This document shows positions 8,565-17,545 of a DNA stretch of 64,000 nt, in pieces (the stretch's first letter is position 1; every line of letters begins with the position of its first letter). This DNA is from Verrucomicrobiota bacterium (GTDB lineage: Bacteria; Verrucomicrobiota; Verrucomicrobiia; Limisphaerales; AAA164-E04), in NCBI GenBank assembly GCA_047947115.1, contig CP170459.1, forward strand, positions 1,504,001 through 1,568,000, written 5' to 3'. The notes beneath the pieces were generated by a model. That model ran no database searches and was not told the DNA's origin. It worked only from the letters and a program-made list of their open reading frames with translations. The translations under genes were made by a program, and so were the position numbers.

Positions 8565-9368
8565 TCAATCCTTGCTTGGACTCACGTAACGTGGAGGATA
8601 AACCGTTTGATGCAATACGGTCGCGAGCTTTTGCGTGAAGCGGTCTATGCCGGTTTTTTCACGAGATCCAAGATCATATCGAATCGCTTTACCGAGATAG
8701 TCCGACCGAAAAGCGGCATCGAACCTTTCGTCATTCCGGACAAAAGCATCCAGATGTTGCATGCCGTTTTGCTTGGCGGCATACAAACCTTTCAGCATGT
8801 CGGGGTGAGCGCTGGATTCACGGATTGCCCAGACCGCATATACAAATGGCAACTGAAAGCATTCTTGCCAGGCTTGTCCCAGGTCCCAGATCTGATGTGG
8901 GGCATGATTCATGCGAAATGAAATGGCGGGATCTCCGATCAGCAACACCGCTTCTTTTTCCACCGCTGTTTCGTAGTCGGTGAGTGGTTGCCATCGAGGA
9001 GTGATACCTTTTTCCAATAACAAGATTTTTAACAGATTGATGCTGGTCAACGAAGCCGGATCACAGTGGACAGTATGCACATTTTCCAGTGGGCATTTGG
9101 TAGCCAGGAAGACGCTTTGGACGGGACCGTCACTCGCTACCGCCACGTCGTCAAGAATGAGATATCCCGGATGCAACAGTGCTTCTGTGATACTGACCAA
9201 AGCGGCATCCAAAGTTTCGTTTTCCAGCATTCCGGCCAGTTGTGATGGCGGCGCAAAAACCACATGATCCTCGATGCCGGCGGTCAGGGGAACGGCATTG
9301 AGGTAGGGAACCGATCCCACACGAAAGCGTGAAAGCGGATGCGTGTCAGTCCTGGAGGGTGCACTCAT
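8565..9368 (-). CDS. mqnA: Chorismate dehydratase MqnA (futalosine menaquinone pathway)
   Basis: VGSVPYLNAVPL, SLTS, LLIGDPA, DLGQAW, LPFVYAVWA; adjacent to mqnE. Confidence 0.85.
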   Translation of the reverse strand: MSAPSRTDTHPLSRFRVGSVPYLNAVPLTAGIEDHVVFAPPSQLAGMLENETLDAALVSITEALLHPGYLILDDVAVASDGPVQSVFLATKCPLENVHTVHCDPASLTSINLLKILLLEKGITPRWQPLTDYETAVEKEAVLLIGDPAISFRMNHAPHQIWDLGQAWQECFQLPFVYAVWAIRESSAHPDMLKGLYAAKQNGMQHLDAFVRNDERFDAAFRSDYLGKAIRYDLGSREKTGIDRFTQKLATVLHQTVYPPRYVSPSKD

Positions 9369-9377
9369 TACGCGGAT

Positions 9378-10511
9378 TCAAGGCTTTTTGACTGGACGAT
9401 TTTCAACCGCGTTTTTTGTGGGGACCGGTTGATAAAAGGTGTTTCGTTGTATGGGTTCACGTCCGGCTTCAACAATAGCCTTGCGCATGGCATCTTCGGT
9501 CTGACCCTGGGGCGAACCGGCTCCTGCCATGTGGAAGATATGCTCTTCAACAATGGTTCCATGCAAATCATCAGCGCCGTAACTCAATGCCACCTGAGCC
9601 ATCTTGAGTCCCATGCCCACCCAGTAGGCGGTGACGTGATCGAAATTGTCCAGGAACAAACGTGCCACCGCAATCGTACGCAGCATGTCGTTGCCTGTGG
9701 GTGGACGATCCACGGGGATTTCATTGTTCTCGGGTTGGTAGGGAAGGGGGACAAAACCGCAAAAACCCCCGGTTTCATCCTGAAGTTCCCTCAGTTGTCT
9801 CATGTGGCTGATGCGATCTTCCAGGGATTCCACATGGCCATAGAGCATGGTGCAGGTGCTTTTACCGCCCAGTTTGTGCCAGCGACGGTGGACATTCAGA
9901 TATTCAGCGGCGGATTCCTTGCCGGTGGCGATTTGTTTTCTCACCTCCGGTTGAAAGATTTCGGCGCCACCGCCTGTCAATGAATCAAGACCACAATCCC
10001 TGAGGGCTCGAAGGGTATCGTCCACCGACTGTTTGGACAGCCAGGCCAAATGCAGGATCTCGACAGCGGTGAAGCATTTCAGCTGTAGCGATGCGCTGAC
10101 ATCTTTCAAGCCGCGCAGCATGTCCGTGTAATAAGAAAATGGCAAACTGGGATGTAATCCACCCACGATGTGCAGTTCGGTGATCCCCAGCGCCAATGCT
10201 TCACGCGCCTTGGTTTGCATCTCCTCGAGGCTGAGTTCGAATCCGTCCTGATCACGCTTTTTTCGGGAGAATGAGCAGAACTGGCAGCTCAGGATGCAGT
10301 AGTTCGAATAGTTGATATATCGATTGACGATGTAGGAGGCGCGGTTCCCGTTTTTTTGTGCATTGACGGCGTTCGCCATGGTGCCCAGCACATTCAGGTC
10401 TGGGCATGTGTACAAACGGAGTGCGTCCTCGTCATTCAAGCGTTGACCGTTCCGAATCTTCTCGTTCAGATCGGCCAGTCCGCTTTTTTCTATCATCCAA
10501 TTCTCACGCAT
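9378..10511 (-). CDS. mqnE: Aminofutalosine synthase MqnE (CofH/MqnC/MqnE radical SAM family)
   Basis: CILSCQFC radical SAM motif, GGGAEIF, TMLYGHVE, AYW, GADDLHGTIVEEHIFHMAGA (MqnE-like rather than MqnC-like). Confidence 0.8.
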   Translation of the reverse strand: MRENWMIEKSGLADLNEKIRNGQRLNDEDALRLYTCPDLNVLGTMANAVNAQKNGNRASYIVNRYINYSNYCILSCQFCSFSRKKRDQDGFELSLEEMQTKAREALALGITELHIVGGLHPSLPFSYYTDMLRGLKDVSASLQLKCFTAVEILHLAWLSKQSVDDTLRALRDCGLDSLTGGGAEIFQPEVRKQIATGKESAAEYLNVHRRWHKLGGKSTCTMLYGHVESLEDRISHMRQLRELQDETGGFCGFVPLPYQPENNEIPVDRPPTGNDMLRTIAVARLFLDNFDHVTAYWVGMGLKMAQVALSYGADDLHGTIVEEHIFHMAGAGSPQGQTEDAMRKAIVEAGREPIQRNTFYQPVPTKNAVENRPVKKP

Positions 10512-10670
10512 GTTTCGGTGCGGGGTGGCGTGGTGTTTTGGTAACCCGCTCTACCCCGCCTGAAACGTGTCTAAAAATGCGTCTGATTTCAAGGGCGGAA
10601 CGCCTTAAATGGGTATTTTGCGGTTTGACCGTCCCCGAAAAGGTGAACTTTCCACGCGGAGCAGCCCGCA

Positions 10671-10889
10671 GGTAGAGCTGATCGTCCCGATCCGCTCCTT
10701 GTGGTATCCTTATCCTAAACTGCGAACCAAAGGAAAACCCCAACGTATCCAAAGGACTAAAAATCCAATGCACACGTCCGAGCAGAGTTTCGGTTATTGA
10801 AAAATTGCAGGCTTCCCGAAACGGAAGTTGATCGGATATTGGACCCCACAGGGACGCGCCAGGGATCCACGCAGTCGCGGGATTCTACC
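10671..10889 (+). repeat. GTAG-type REPIN-like element, copy E (219 bp), hybrid ends
   Basis: Left GGTAGAGCTGATCGTCCCGATCCGCTCCTTGTGG (A/B/C type); right GGGATCCACGCAGTCGCGGGATTCTACC (D type); both internal boxes present. Confidence 0.85.
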
Positions 10890-10996
10890 AATTTTAAGGC
10901 TTTGGCGATTTGTTACGACTTTATCAATGTTGCGAATGGTATGGCTTATGCTCCCTGATGTCGGCTGTTAAAATGAAAGGAAAAGGCATCAGGGTG

Positions 10997-11248
10997 ATGA
11001 AACTCAATACAATTCCGCCTCAGGACTATCTGGAACCCCCGGGGCATGTTAAGACGCAAACGGATATGCAGCTTTGGGCGCGCATCATGATGGAGAGTGA
11101 GTGCCCTTGCATCCATCTGCCGAGATGCGATCCACATACATTTCATCGGATCGCTGATGAACAGGATGTCAGTCCATATCTTGTATACATGTCCGACAAG
11201 GACGAAGCGGACAGCTTGCGATCGTATTGGTTGATCAGGGAATCCTAA
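10997..11248 (+). CDS. Small hypothetical protein (start uncertain, 10910-10997)
   Basis: ORF fills the gap between element E and the metallohydrolase gene; no recognisable motif. Confidence 0.45.
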   Translation: MKLNTIPPQDYLEPPGHVKTQTDMQLWARIMMESECPCIHLPRCDPHTFHRIADEQDVSPYLVYMSDKDEADSLRSYWLIRES

Positions 11249-11304
11249 TCCTGTCAGTGTGCTTTTCGCGTGACCTGCAGGAGTCGACGTTACATTCTTG
11301 TTTC

Positions 11305-12804
11305 ATGAGATTCCTGTTGCTGTTTTTTTTAGGCGCATGGTCATGCTTTGCGGAAAAGGTTCGATGGGTGATCAGTGAAGCCGAATCAGATCAGCCTGCA
11401 CCTTGTCGCATCCATCTGACGGATTCAGAGGATCAACCGGTTCGTGCTCCTGGACTTCCATTTTGGCGTAATCATTTTGATACGCCTGGAGATTTTACAC
11501 TCGATCTCAAACCGGGGTCCTATCGTTTTGAAATTTTCCGTGGTCCCGAATACCTGATGCTTGAAGGTGGCTTTGAAGTCAAAGCGGGGCATGAAATGTT
11601 GATGTTGCGCCATTCGCTCAAGCGCATCGCTCATATGTCGGAGGAAGGTTGGTGGTCCGGGGAATTGCATATTCATCGGCCGGTGAATGAGGTGCCTCTG
11701 TTGATGCGGGCGGAGGATTTGCATGTGGGTCCGGTGATCACCTGGTGGAATCAAAACAATCCATGGAAGGATCTAGCCTTGCCTGAATCTCTTTGGCGTG
11801 AAGTGGCACCTGATCGATTCATCGGCCTCATGGGGGGCGAGGATGAGCGTCGGGGTGGGGCGTTGTTGTATTTTAATCTCAATGAACCATTGGACATTCA
11901 GTCCGCTCAGCCTGAGCATCCGTCCCCCATGATGTTCCTGAATCAAGCCGAGGCGCTTGGGGCCTGGATTGATATTGAAAAGCCGTTCTGGCGGGATGTC
12001 CCTGCATGGATTGCTTCAGGAAAAGCGGATTCCATTGGTCTGGCAAATAATCACATGTGGGAGCGAGGCATGCTCGACAACGAAGCCTGGGGCAGACCTC
12101 GGCCAATGGAAGATTATCCATCACCACAGGGGAACGGACGATGGACGCAGTTTTTGTATTATCACATTCTCAACGCGGGAATCCAACTGGCTCCATCCGC
12201 CGGAAGCGCGTCGGGAGTGTTGAATAATCCGGTGGGCTACAACCGTGTGTATGTGCATTTGGAAAATGGTTTGAATCTGGACGATTGGTGGGAGGGATTG
12301 CGAGAGGGCAGATCGTTTGTGACCAATGGCCCTTTGCTGCGGTGTCGGGTGGGGGAGTCGCTTCCGGGTGCTCGTCTTGTGGTGTCCGGTTCAGATACTT
12401 CCCATCATTTGATGGCACGCTTGACGAGTAGGGATCCGGTCGAAGCGTTTGAAATCATCCACAACGGTGAAGTCATTCGAAGGATTGCGGTGCGGGATTT
12501 GAAAGGAACGATCGAGCAGGATTTGGGGCAAGCTCCCACCGATCGGCCGGGTTGGTTTTTGGTTCGAGCCGTGACATCCCTTCCTCACACGTTTCGTTTT
12601 GCTTCGACCGCGCCCTTTTATGTGGTCGATGACAATGGTGCCATCCCTGTTCGCGAGGACGCTTGTCAATTTTTCCTTACCTGGGCGCGAGAACGTATGA
12701 ATACCCTTTCATTGGAGGATGATCCGTTGCGCGGGGAAGTTTTGGAATACTGGAAGGAGACTGAGGTGTTCTGGATGGATCGTTTGGCCGGCATTGGAAA
12801 ATAG
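11305..12804 (+). CDS. Secreted CehA/McbA-like PHP-fold metallohydrolase
   Basis: Signal peptide, RGPEY, GWWSGELHIHR, SAGSASGV, VGYNRVYV, GRSFVTNGPLL. Confidence 0.7.
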   Translation: MRFLLLFFLGAWSCFAEKVRWVISEAESDQPAPCRIHLTDSEDQPVRAPGLPFWRNHFDTPGDFTLDLKPGSYRFEIFRGPEYLMLEGGFEVKAGHEMLMLRHSLKRIAHMSEEGWWSGELHIHRPVNEVPLLMRAEDLHVGPVITWWNQNNPWKDLALPESLWREVAPDRFIGLMGGEDERRGGALLYFNLNEPLDIQSAQPEHPSPMMFLNQAEALGAWIDIEKPFWRDVPAWIASGKADSIGLANNHMWERGMLDNEAWGRPRPMEDYPSPQGNGRWTQFLYYHILNAGIQLAPSAGSASGVLNNPVGYNRVYVHLENGLNLDDWWEGLREGRSFVTNGPLLRCRVGESLPGARLVVSGSDTSHHLMARLTSRDPVEAFEIIHNGEVIRRIAVRDLKGTIEQDLGQAPTDRPGWFLVRAVTSLPHTFRFASTAPFYVVDDNGAIPVREDACQFFLTWARERMNTLSLEDDPLRGEVLEYWKETEVFWMDRLAGIGK

Positions 12805-12861
12805 GTTGCCCAAGTGGTGTTTCGGGGTAATTTCTTCGACCATGGAGTTTGTGAGGATTAA

Positions 12862-12974
12862 GCCAACGTATTCAGTCCATTTGAATCCACGTCTTGGGGA
12901 CGCAGTTGATTGGAATGGAATTGGGGTGCGATCCAGGCGCGCTCGCGGGCCTGCGTCAGCAGGTCTCTTCTACC
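12862..12974 (+). repeat. Degenerate right half of a GTAG-type element with a third terminal hairpin
   Basis: AGTTGATTGGAAT box at 12904, GGCGCGC, hairpin GGCCTGC-GTCA-GCAGGTC, then TTCTACC. Confidence 0.55.
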
Positions 12975-13042
12975 TGTTGCGTTGGTTGCAATGGCCTAAA
13001 CCCTTGTCCGTTTATGGAAGCGTAGGATAATCATATCAGCCA

Positions 13043-13600
13043 ATGGATCTTCCTTTCAAAATACCTGATCTCAATCCAGCTCAATGGAACCTCGTCACGG
13101 GCATCCTTGTCGGGCTTTCATTGCTCCTCTTTGGGCGAAGATTGTATTGGCTGATGTTTGCGACCGTCTGGTTTCTCGTTGCCATGTTGGTGACCACGGT
13201 TTTTTTACCGCCGACCCAGGAATCGCAGTGGTGGTTGGTGGTCCCGTTTATTGCCGGCATCGCCGGGGCTATCCTGAGCCTCTTTGTGCACAAAACCGCT
13301 CTACGATTTTTCGGCGCACTCGCGGGCGCCTATGTAGGATATCATCTCTTGCAGCCTCACGTTGTGGATCCCTGGCCCTGGGTTGGTTTGGGCGTGGGCG
13401 TGTTGGTGGGATTCCTGATGGTGATGATGGTTTTCAATGGGGCGCTCATTCTCCTGTCCTCCTTGCTTGGGGCCATGTTACTGCTCGAACCCATGTCCGC
13501 CTCCCCGGAAGTCCGCATGGCGGTGACAGCTGGATTGGTCATTGTGGGGTGCGCGATACAAACACGCTCGCGTCCCAAGGACAAGAAAGAGAAAGATTAA
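13043..13600 (+). CDS. Integral membrane protein (DUF4203-like)
   Basis: LLFGRRLYW, about 7 Gly-rich hydrophobic segments, basic C-terminal tail. Confidence 0.65.
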   Translation: MDLPFKIPDLNPAQWNLVTGILVGLSLLLFGRRLYWLMFATVWFLVAMLVTTVFLPPTQESQWWLVVPFIAGIAGAILSLFVHKTALRFFGALAGAYVGYHLLQPHVVDPWPWVGLGVGVLVGFLMVMMVFNGALILLSSLLGAMLLLEPMSASPEVRMAVTAGLVIVGCAIQTRSRPKDKKEKD

Positions 13601-13614
13601 AATCTGATGAGCCC

Positions 13615-14634
13615 TTACTTCTTTGGAGGTTCTACTCCTAATTTTTGGAAGGACAGTGGGGTGGCTGCACGTCCCTGGGGGGTTCGGATGAGGAAGCCTT
13701 CCATGATTAGGTAGGGTTCGTAGACTTCTTCGAGGGTGTCGGATTCTTCTCCGACGGCAACGGCCAGGGAGTTGATGCCGACGGGGCCGCCTCCGAATTT
13801 GATGACAATGCATTCCAAGATGCGTTTGTCCATTTCATCGAGTCCGTTTTCGTCGATTTCCAGCATGGCAAGGGCTTTGTCCGCTATGTCGGCGGTGACG
13901 CGGCCGTCGTGGCGGACCTGGGCGTAGTCCCGAACGCGGCGCAGGAGATTGTTGGCGATGCGCGGGGTGCCCCGGCTGCGTCGGGCGATTTCAAAGGCGC
14001 CTTCGGTTTCCATCTCCACGTTCAGCAGGCGCGCGGATCGGAGCACGATCTTTTGCAGGTAATCAGCCGGGTAATGATCCAATCGTTCACGCACCGGGAA
14101 TCGACTCAGCAGCGGAGCCGACAAGAGTCCGCTGCGGGTGGTGGCTCCGATGAGGGTGAATTTGGGGAGGTTCAGGCGGACGCTGCGGGCGTTGGGGCCC
14201 TGGTCGATGATGATGTCCAGTTTGTAGTCTTCCATCGCAGGATAGAGGTATTCCTCAATGGTTTTCTGCATGCGATGGATTTCGTCAATGAAGAGGACGT
14301 CACCTTCTTCGAGGTTGGTCAGGAGTCCTGCCAGGTCCCCCGCTTTTTCGATGGTCGGTCCGCTGGTGCTTTTGAGACTGGCTCCCATGCTTTTGGCAAT
14401 GATGCCGGCGAGGGTGGTTTTGCCCAGGCCGGGGGGGCCGTTGAGGAGGATGTGATCCAGCACGTCGCCCCGTTGCTTGGCGGCCTGGACGGCAATTTCG
14501 AGACGTTCCTTGATTTTGTCCTGACCGGTGAAGTCGGAGAACAGCGAGGGTCTCAGCGTCAGTTCCAATGCTGAGTCCGGTCGATTCAAAGTTTCCAGGG
14601 GCCGTTCGTCCATGTGATGGAAAACATGCGCCAT
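13615..14634 (-). CDS. ruvB: Holliday junction branch migration helicase RuvB (start may be 14613)
   Basis: [49 protein letters not shown]. Confidence 0.97.
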   Translation of the reverse strand: MAHVFHHMDERPLETLNRPDSALELTLRPSLFSDFTGQDKIKERLEIAVQAAKQRGDVLDHILLNGPPGLGKTTLAGIIAKSMGASLKSTSGPTIEKAGDLAGLLTNLEEGDVLFIDEIHRMQKTIEEYLYPAMEDYKLDIIIDQGPNARSVRLNLPKFTLIGATTRSGLLSAPLLSRFPVRERLDHYPADYLQKIVLRSARLLNVEMETEGAFEIARRSRGTPRIANNLLRRVRDYAQVRHDGRVTADIADKALAMLEIDENGLDEMDKRILECIVIKFGGGPVGINSLAVAVGEESDTLEEVYEPYLIMEGFLIRTPQGRAATPLSFQKLGVEPPKK

Positions 14635-14752
14635 GGCCGGGATTGCGACAAGCTGAAAACGATAACGAGCTGTCTTTGGGGGATTTTGTTTGGGAACCGT
14701 AGATTGTGCAGCTTGTCGCAGATTTTTTAAGGGTCGGTTTTTCTGTGCGTCA

Positions 14753-14821
14753 GGGTTTCCTTTGGGTGGTGGGTTTGGTTAGCGGTGCCATAAGGGGCGC
14801 ATCGAGACGATCCGATCTACC
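14753..14821 (-). repeat. GTAG-type element, copy F (half element, inverted)
   Basis: Reverse complement reads GGTAGATCGGATCGTCTCGATGCGCCCCTTATGGC...CCCAAAGGAAACCC; 69-bp near-duplicate of 14909-14977. Confidence 0.8.
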
Positions 14822-14835
14822 ATGGGTGAGCTGCA

Positions 14836-14977
14836 GGTAGATCGGATCGTCCCTGATCCGTGCCTTGTGGTTTTCGAAGGGCAATCAACTTCCGTTTGGG
14901 AAGCCATTGGGTTTCCTTTGGGTGGTGGGTTTGGTTAGGGGTGCCACAAGGGGCGCATCGAGACGATACGGTCTACC
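14836..14977 (-). repeat. GTAG-type element, copy G (142 bp, internally deleted, inverted)
   Basis: Both GGTAG/CTACC ends present; both internal boxes present on the minus strand but nearly abutting. Confidence 0.85.
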
Positions 14978-14989
14978 TGGTGGGGTTGG

Positions 14990-15853
14990 TCAAAGGTAAC
15001 GTTCCAGGATCGGCCCCAGTTTATCGATGGTTTCCTGGGGCCAGGCGTCGCGTTGGGTGATGACGGCGTTTTTCAGAGCGTCGTGTGCCGGCCAGTTTGC
15101 TTTCTCCGGGATTTTGGGAATGATGGAGGTGAGGAGTTTTCGGGCGGTGCCGGTGTTGCGGTGGAGGTATTCGATGACTTGTTCGACAGTGACGTGGTCG
15201 TGATCTTCATTCCAGGCGTCGTAGTCGGTGACCATGGCCATGGTGGCGTAGGAGATTTCCGCTTCGCGGGCACATTTTGCTTCACCAAGGTTGGTCATGC
15301 CTATGACGGCGCATTCGGCGTGGTGGTTGAGCAGGGATTCGGCTTTGGTGCTGAAGGCGGGGCCTTCCATGTTGACGTAGCTGCCTCCGTCGTGGCAGGG
15401 GACTTCGTGTTCCTGCGCGGTTTTCAGAAGGATTTGTCGCAGGTTTTCGCAGATCGGGTGGGCAAAGGCGATGTGGGCGACGATGCCTTGTCCAAAGAAG
15501 GTATGGTTTTGGGATTGTTTGGTTCGGTCGACAAACTGGTCGATGAAGACGATGTCGCAGGGATGGTATTGGGGTTGGAGGGAACCGACGGCGCTGACGC
15601 TGATGATCCATTTGACGCCGAGCGATTTCATGGCCCAGATGTTGGCGCGGTGGTTGAGTTCGGCGGGCATCAGGCGGTGTCCTCTGGCGTGTCTGGGTAG
15701 GAATACCACGTCGCGGCCTTCCAGTTTTCCGGTCAGAAATGCGTCCGAAGGTTTGCCAAAGGGGGTGTCGACCGATGTCCAGTTTTGGTCGGTGAATCCT
15801 TCCAGATTGTAAAGTCCGCTGCCTCCAATAATACCAATGCGATGATTCGACAT
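14990..15853 (-). CDS. mtnP: S-methyl-5'-thioadenosine phosphorylase
   Basis: IGIIGGSGLY, TPFGKPSD, FLPRH, SAVGSL, MEGPAFSTKAES, IGMT, VTDYD. Confidence 0.93.
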   Translation of the reverse strand: MSNHRIGIIGGSGLYNLEGFTDQNWTSVDTPFGKPSDAFLTGKLEGRDVVFLPRHARGHRLMPAELNHRANIWAMKSLGVKWIISVSAVGSLQPQYHPCDIVFIDQFVDRTKQSQNHTFFGQGIVAHIAFAHPICENLRQILLKTAQEHEVPCHDGGSYVNMEGPAFSTKAESLLNHHAECAVIGMTNLGEAKCAREAEISYATMAMVTDYDAWNEDHDHVTVEQVIEYLHRNTGTARKLLTSIIPKIPEKANWPAHDALKNAVITQRDAWPQETIDKLGPILERYL

Positions 15854-15962
15854 GGCGGCATTATGGTGGGAGGAGTCGTTGTGACAAATGAAAACGCTGA
15901 TTTTAGCTTTGATTTATGGTTTGGAAGAACTAGATTGTCCAGCTTTTGATAAAGGCAGAAGT

Positions 15963-17534
15963 ATGGCCAAAAAGAAACCCGAAATCGAGATATACGACAC
16001 GACCCTGAGGGATGGAACCCAGGGTGAAGGCATCAATTTTTCCGTAGCCGACAAGATCCGGCTGGCGGAGCGCTTCGACGCATTTGGTATTCACTATATT
16101 GAAGGCGGCTGGCCGGGTTCGAATCCTCGTGATATTGAATTTTTCCAGCAGGCAGCCAAGAAGCGTTGGAAAAACTCCAAAATCGCGGCGTTCGGATCCA
16201 CTCGGCGCAAGAAGATTGCGGTGGAAGAGGACGCCCAGGTCAAGCTGTTGATTGATGCCAAAACACCGGTCGTTACCATTTTCGGAAAGACCTGGCTTCT
16301 TCACGTTCAGAAAGTCCTGCGCACGACGGCTGATGAAAACATTGCGATGATCGCTGATACGGTGGCCTATTTGAAAGCCAACGGCCGCCAGGTGATTTAC
16401 GATGCCGAGCATGCGTTTGACGGATACAAGGACAATGGCAAATACGCCATGGCGACCTGGGTCGCTGCGGCGGAAGCCGGCGCCGATTGCGTGGTGTTAT
16501 GCGACACAAATGGCGGATGTCTGCCTTCGGAGATCCGGCGTATCACGGAAGAAGCCGTTAAAAACGTTCCAACCCGTGTGGGCATTCACACCCACAATGA
16601 CATCGGCGTGGGGGTTGCCAATGCGTTGGAAGCGCTCGAAGTGGGAGCGGTGCAGGTGCAGGGGACGATGAATGGTTTTGGTGAACGTACTGGTAATTGC
16701 AGTCTGACTTCGGTCATTCCCAACGTGGCACTCAAAATGAACAAGACCTGTGTGCCCGCTGCTTCATTGCCCAAATTGTCCGAATTGTCACAGTTCGTGG
16801 ACGAAATCGCCAATCTGCGCCATGACACTCGCATGCCGTGGGTGGGGGCGACGGCTTTTGCTCACAAGGGCGGGATGCATGTCAACGCGGTTCAGAAGGT
16901 GGCCCATAGTTTCGAGCACATCAATCCGGAGGCCATTGGGAATCGTCGCCGCATTTTGATGAGCGATCTGGCGGGTCGCAGCAACATTGTCATGAAAGCC
17001 CAGGAAATGGGTTTTGAAATCGATAATGATACTCCGGAACTTAAACAGATCTTGCAGCGCATTAAGGAACTCGAACACGAGGGTTATGAGTTTGAAGCGG
17101 CCGAAGCTTCCATGGCTTTGTTGATTCAGAAAACGTTGAAACACCAGGCACTGCCTTTCAATGTGGATTCCTATCATGTTTCGATGCGCAAGGAGAATGA
17201 TTTTGCCATCTGCCAGGCCACGATCAAAGTCAGGGTCGGTGATGAGGTGGAACATACAGTGGACGAAGGAGATGGTCCAGTCAACGCACTGGACGGTGCG
17301 ATGCGCAAGGCGTTGCGGAAGTTTTTCCCGCGTCAATTGAAGCAGGTGAGGCTCACCGACTACAAGGTGCGCATTCTTGATTCTTCCGGCGGCACCGCTG
17401 CCAAGACCCGTGTGTTCATCGAATCTTCGGACGGCAAGGAGTCCTGGTCCACGGTGGGCGCCCACGACAACATCATCGAGGCCAGTTTGCGTGCCCTGGT
17501 CGACAGTTTTGAATATCGTTTAATGCGTAAATAG
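15963..17534 (+). CDS. cimA: Citramalate synthase
   Basis: YDTTLRDGTQGEG, EGGWPGSNP, DAEH, HTHND, GERTGN, AFAHKGGMH, GDGPVNALD, DYKVRIL. Confidence 0.92.
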   Translation: MAKKKPEIEIYDTTLRDGTQGEGINFSVADKIRLAERFDAFGIHYIEGGWPGSNPRDIEFFQQAAKKRWKNSKIAAFGSTRRKKIAVEEDAQVKLLIDAKTPVVTIFGKTWLLHVQKVLRTTADENIAMIADTVAYLKANGRQVIYDAEHAFDGYKDNGKYAMATWVAAAEAGADCVVLCDTNGGCLPSEIRRITEEAVKNVPTRVGIHTHNDIGVGVANALEALEVGAVQVQGTMNGFGERTGNCSLTSVIPNVALKMNKTCVPAASLPKLSELSQFVDEIANLRHDTRMPWVGATAFAHKGGMHVNAVQKVAHSFEHINPEAIGNRRRILMSDLAGRSNIVMKAQEMGFEIDNDTPELKQILQRIKELEHEGYEFEAAEASMALLIQKTLKHQALPFNVDSYHVSMRKENDFAICQATIKVRVGDEVEHTVDEGDGPVNALDGAMRKALRKFFPRQLKQVRLTDYKVRILDSSGGTAAKTRVFIESSDGKESWSTVGAHDNIIEASLRALVDSFEYRLMRK

Positions 17535-17545
17535 AAATCCTGAAC

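Noticed and set aside
10515..10555. Possible extra GTAG end (minus strand GGTAGAGCGGG...) upstream of mqnE
   Set aside because: Weak hairpin and no CCTTGTGG or internal box; too degenerate to count.
16110..16130. tRNA T-loop-like GGTTCGAATCC (similar at about 10232)
   Set aside because: Lies within cimA (and mqnE) coding sequence, with no cloverleaf.
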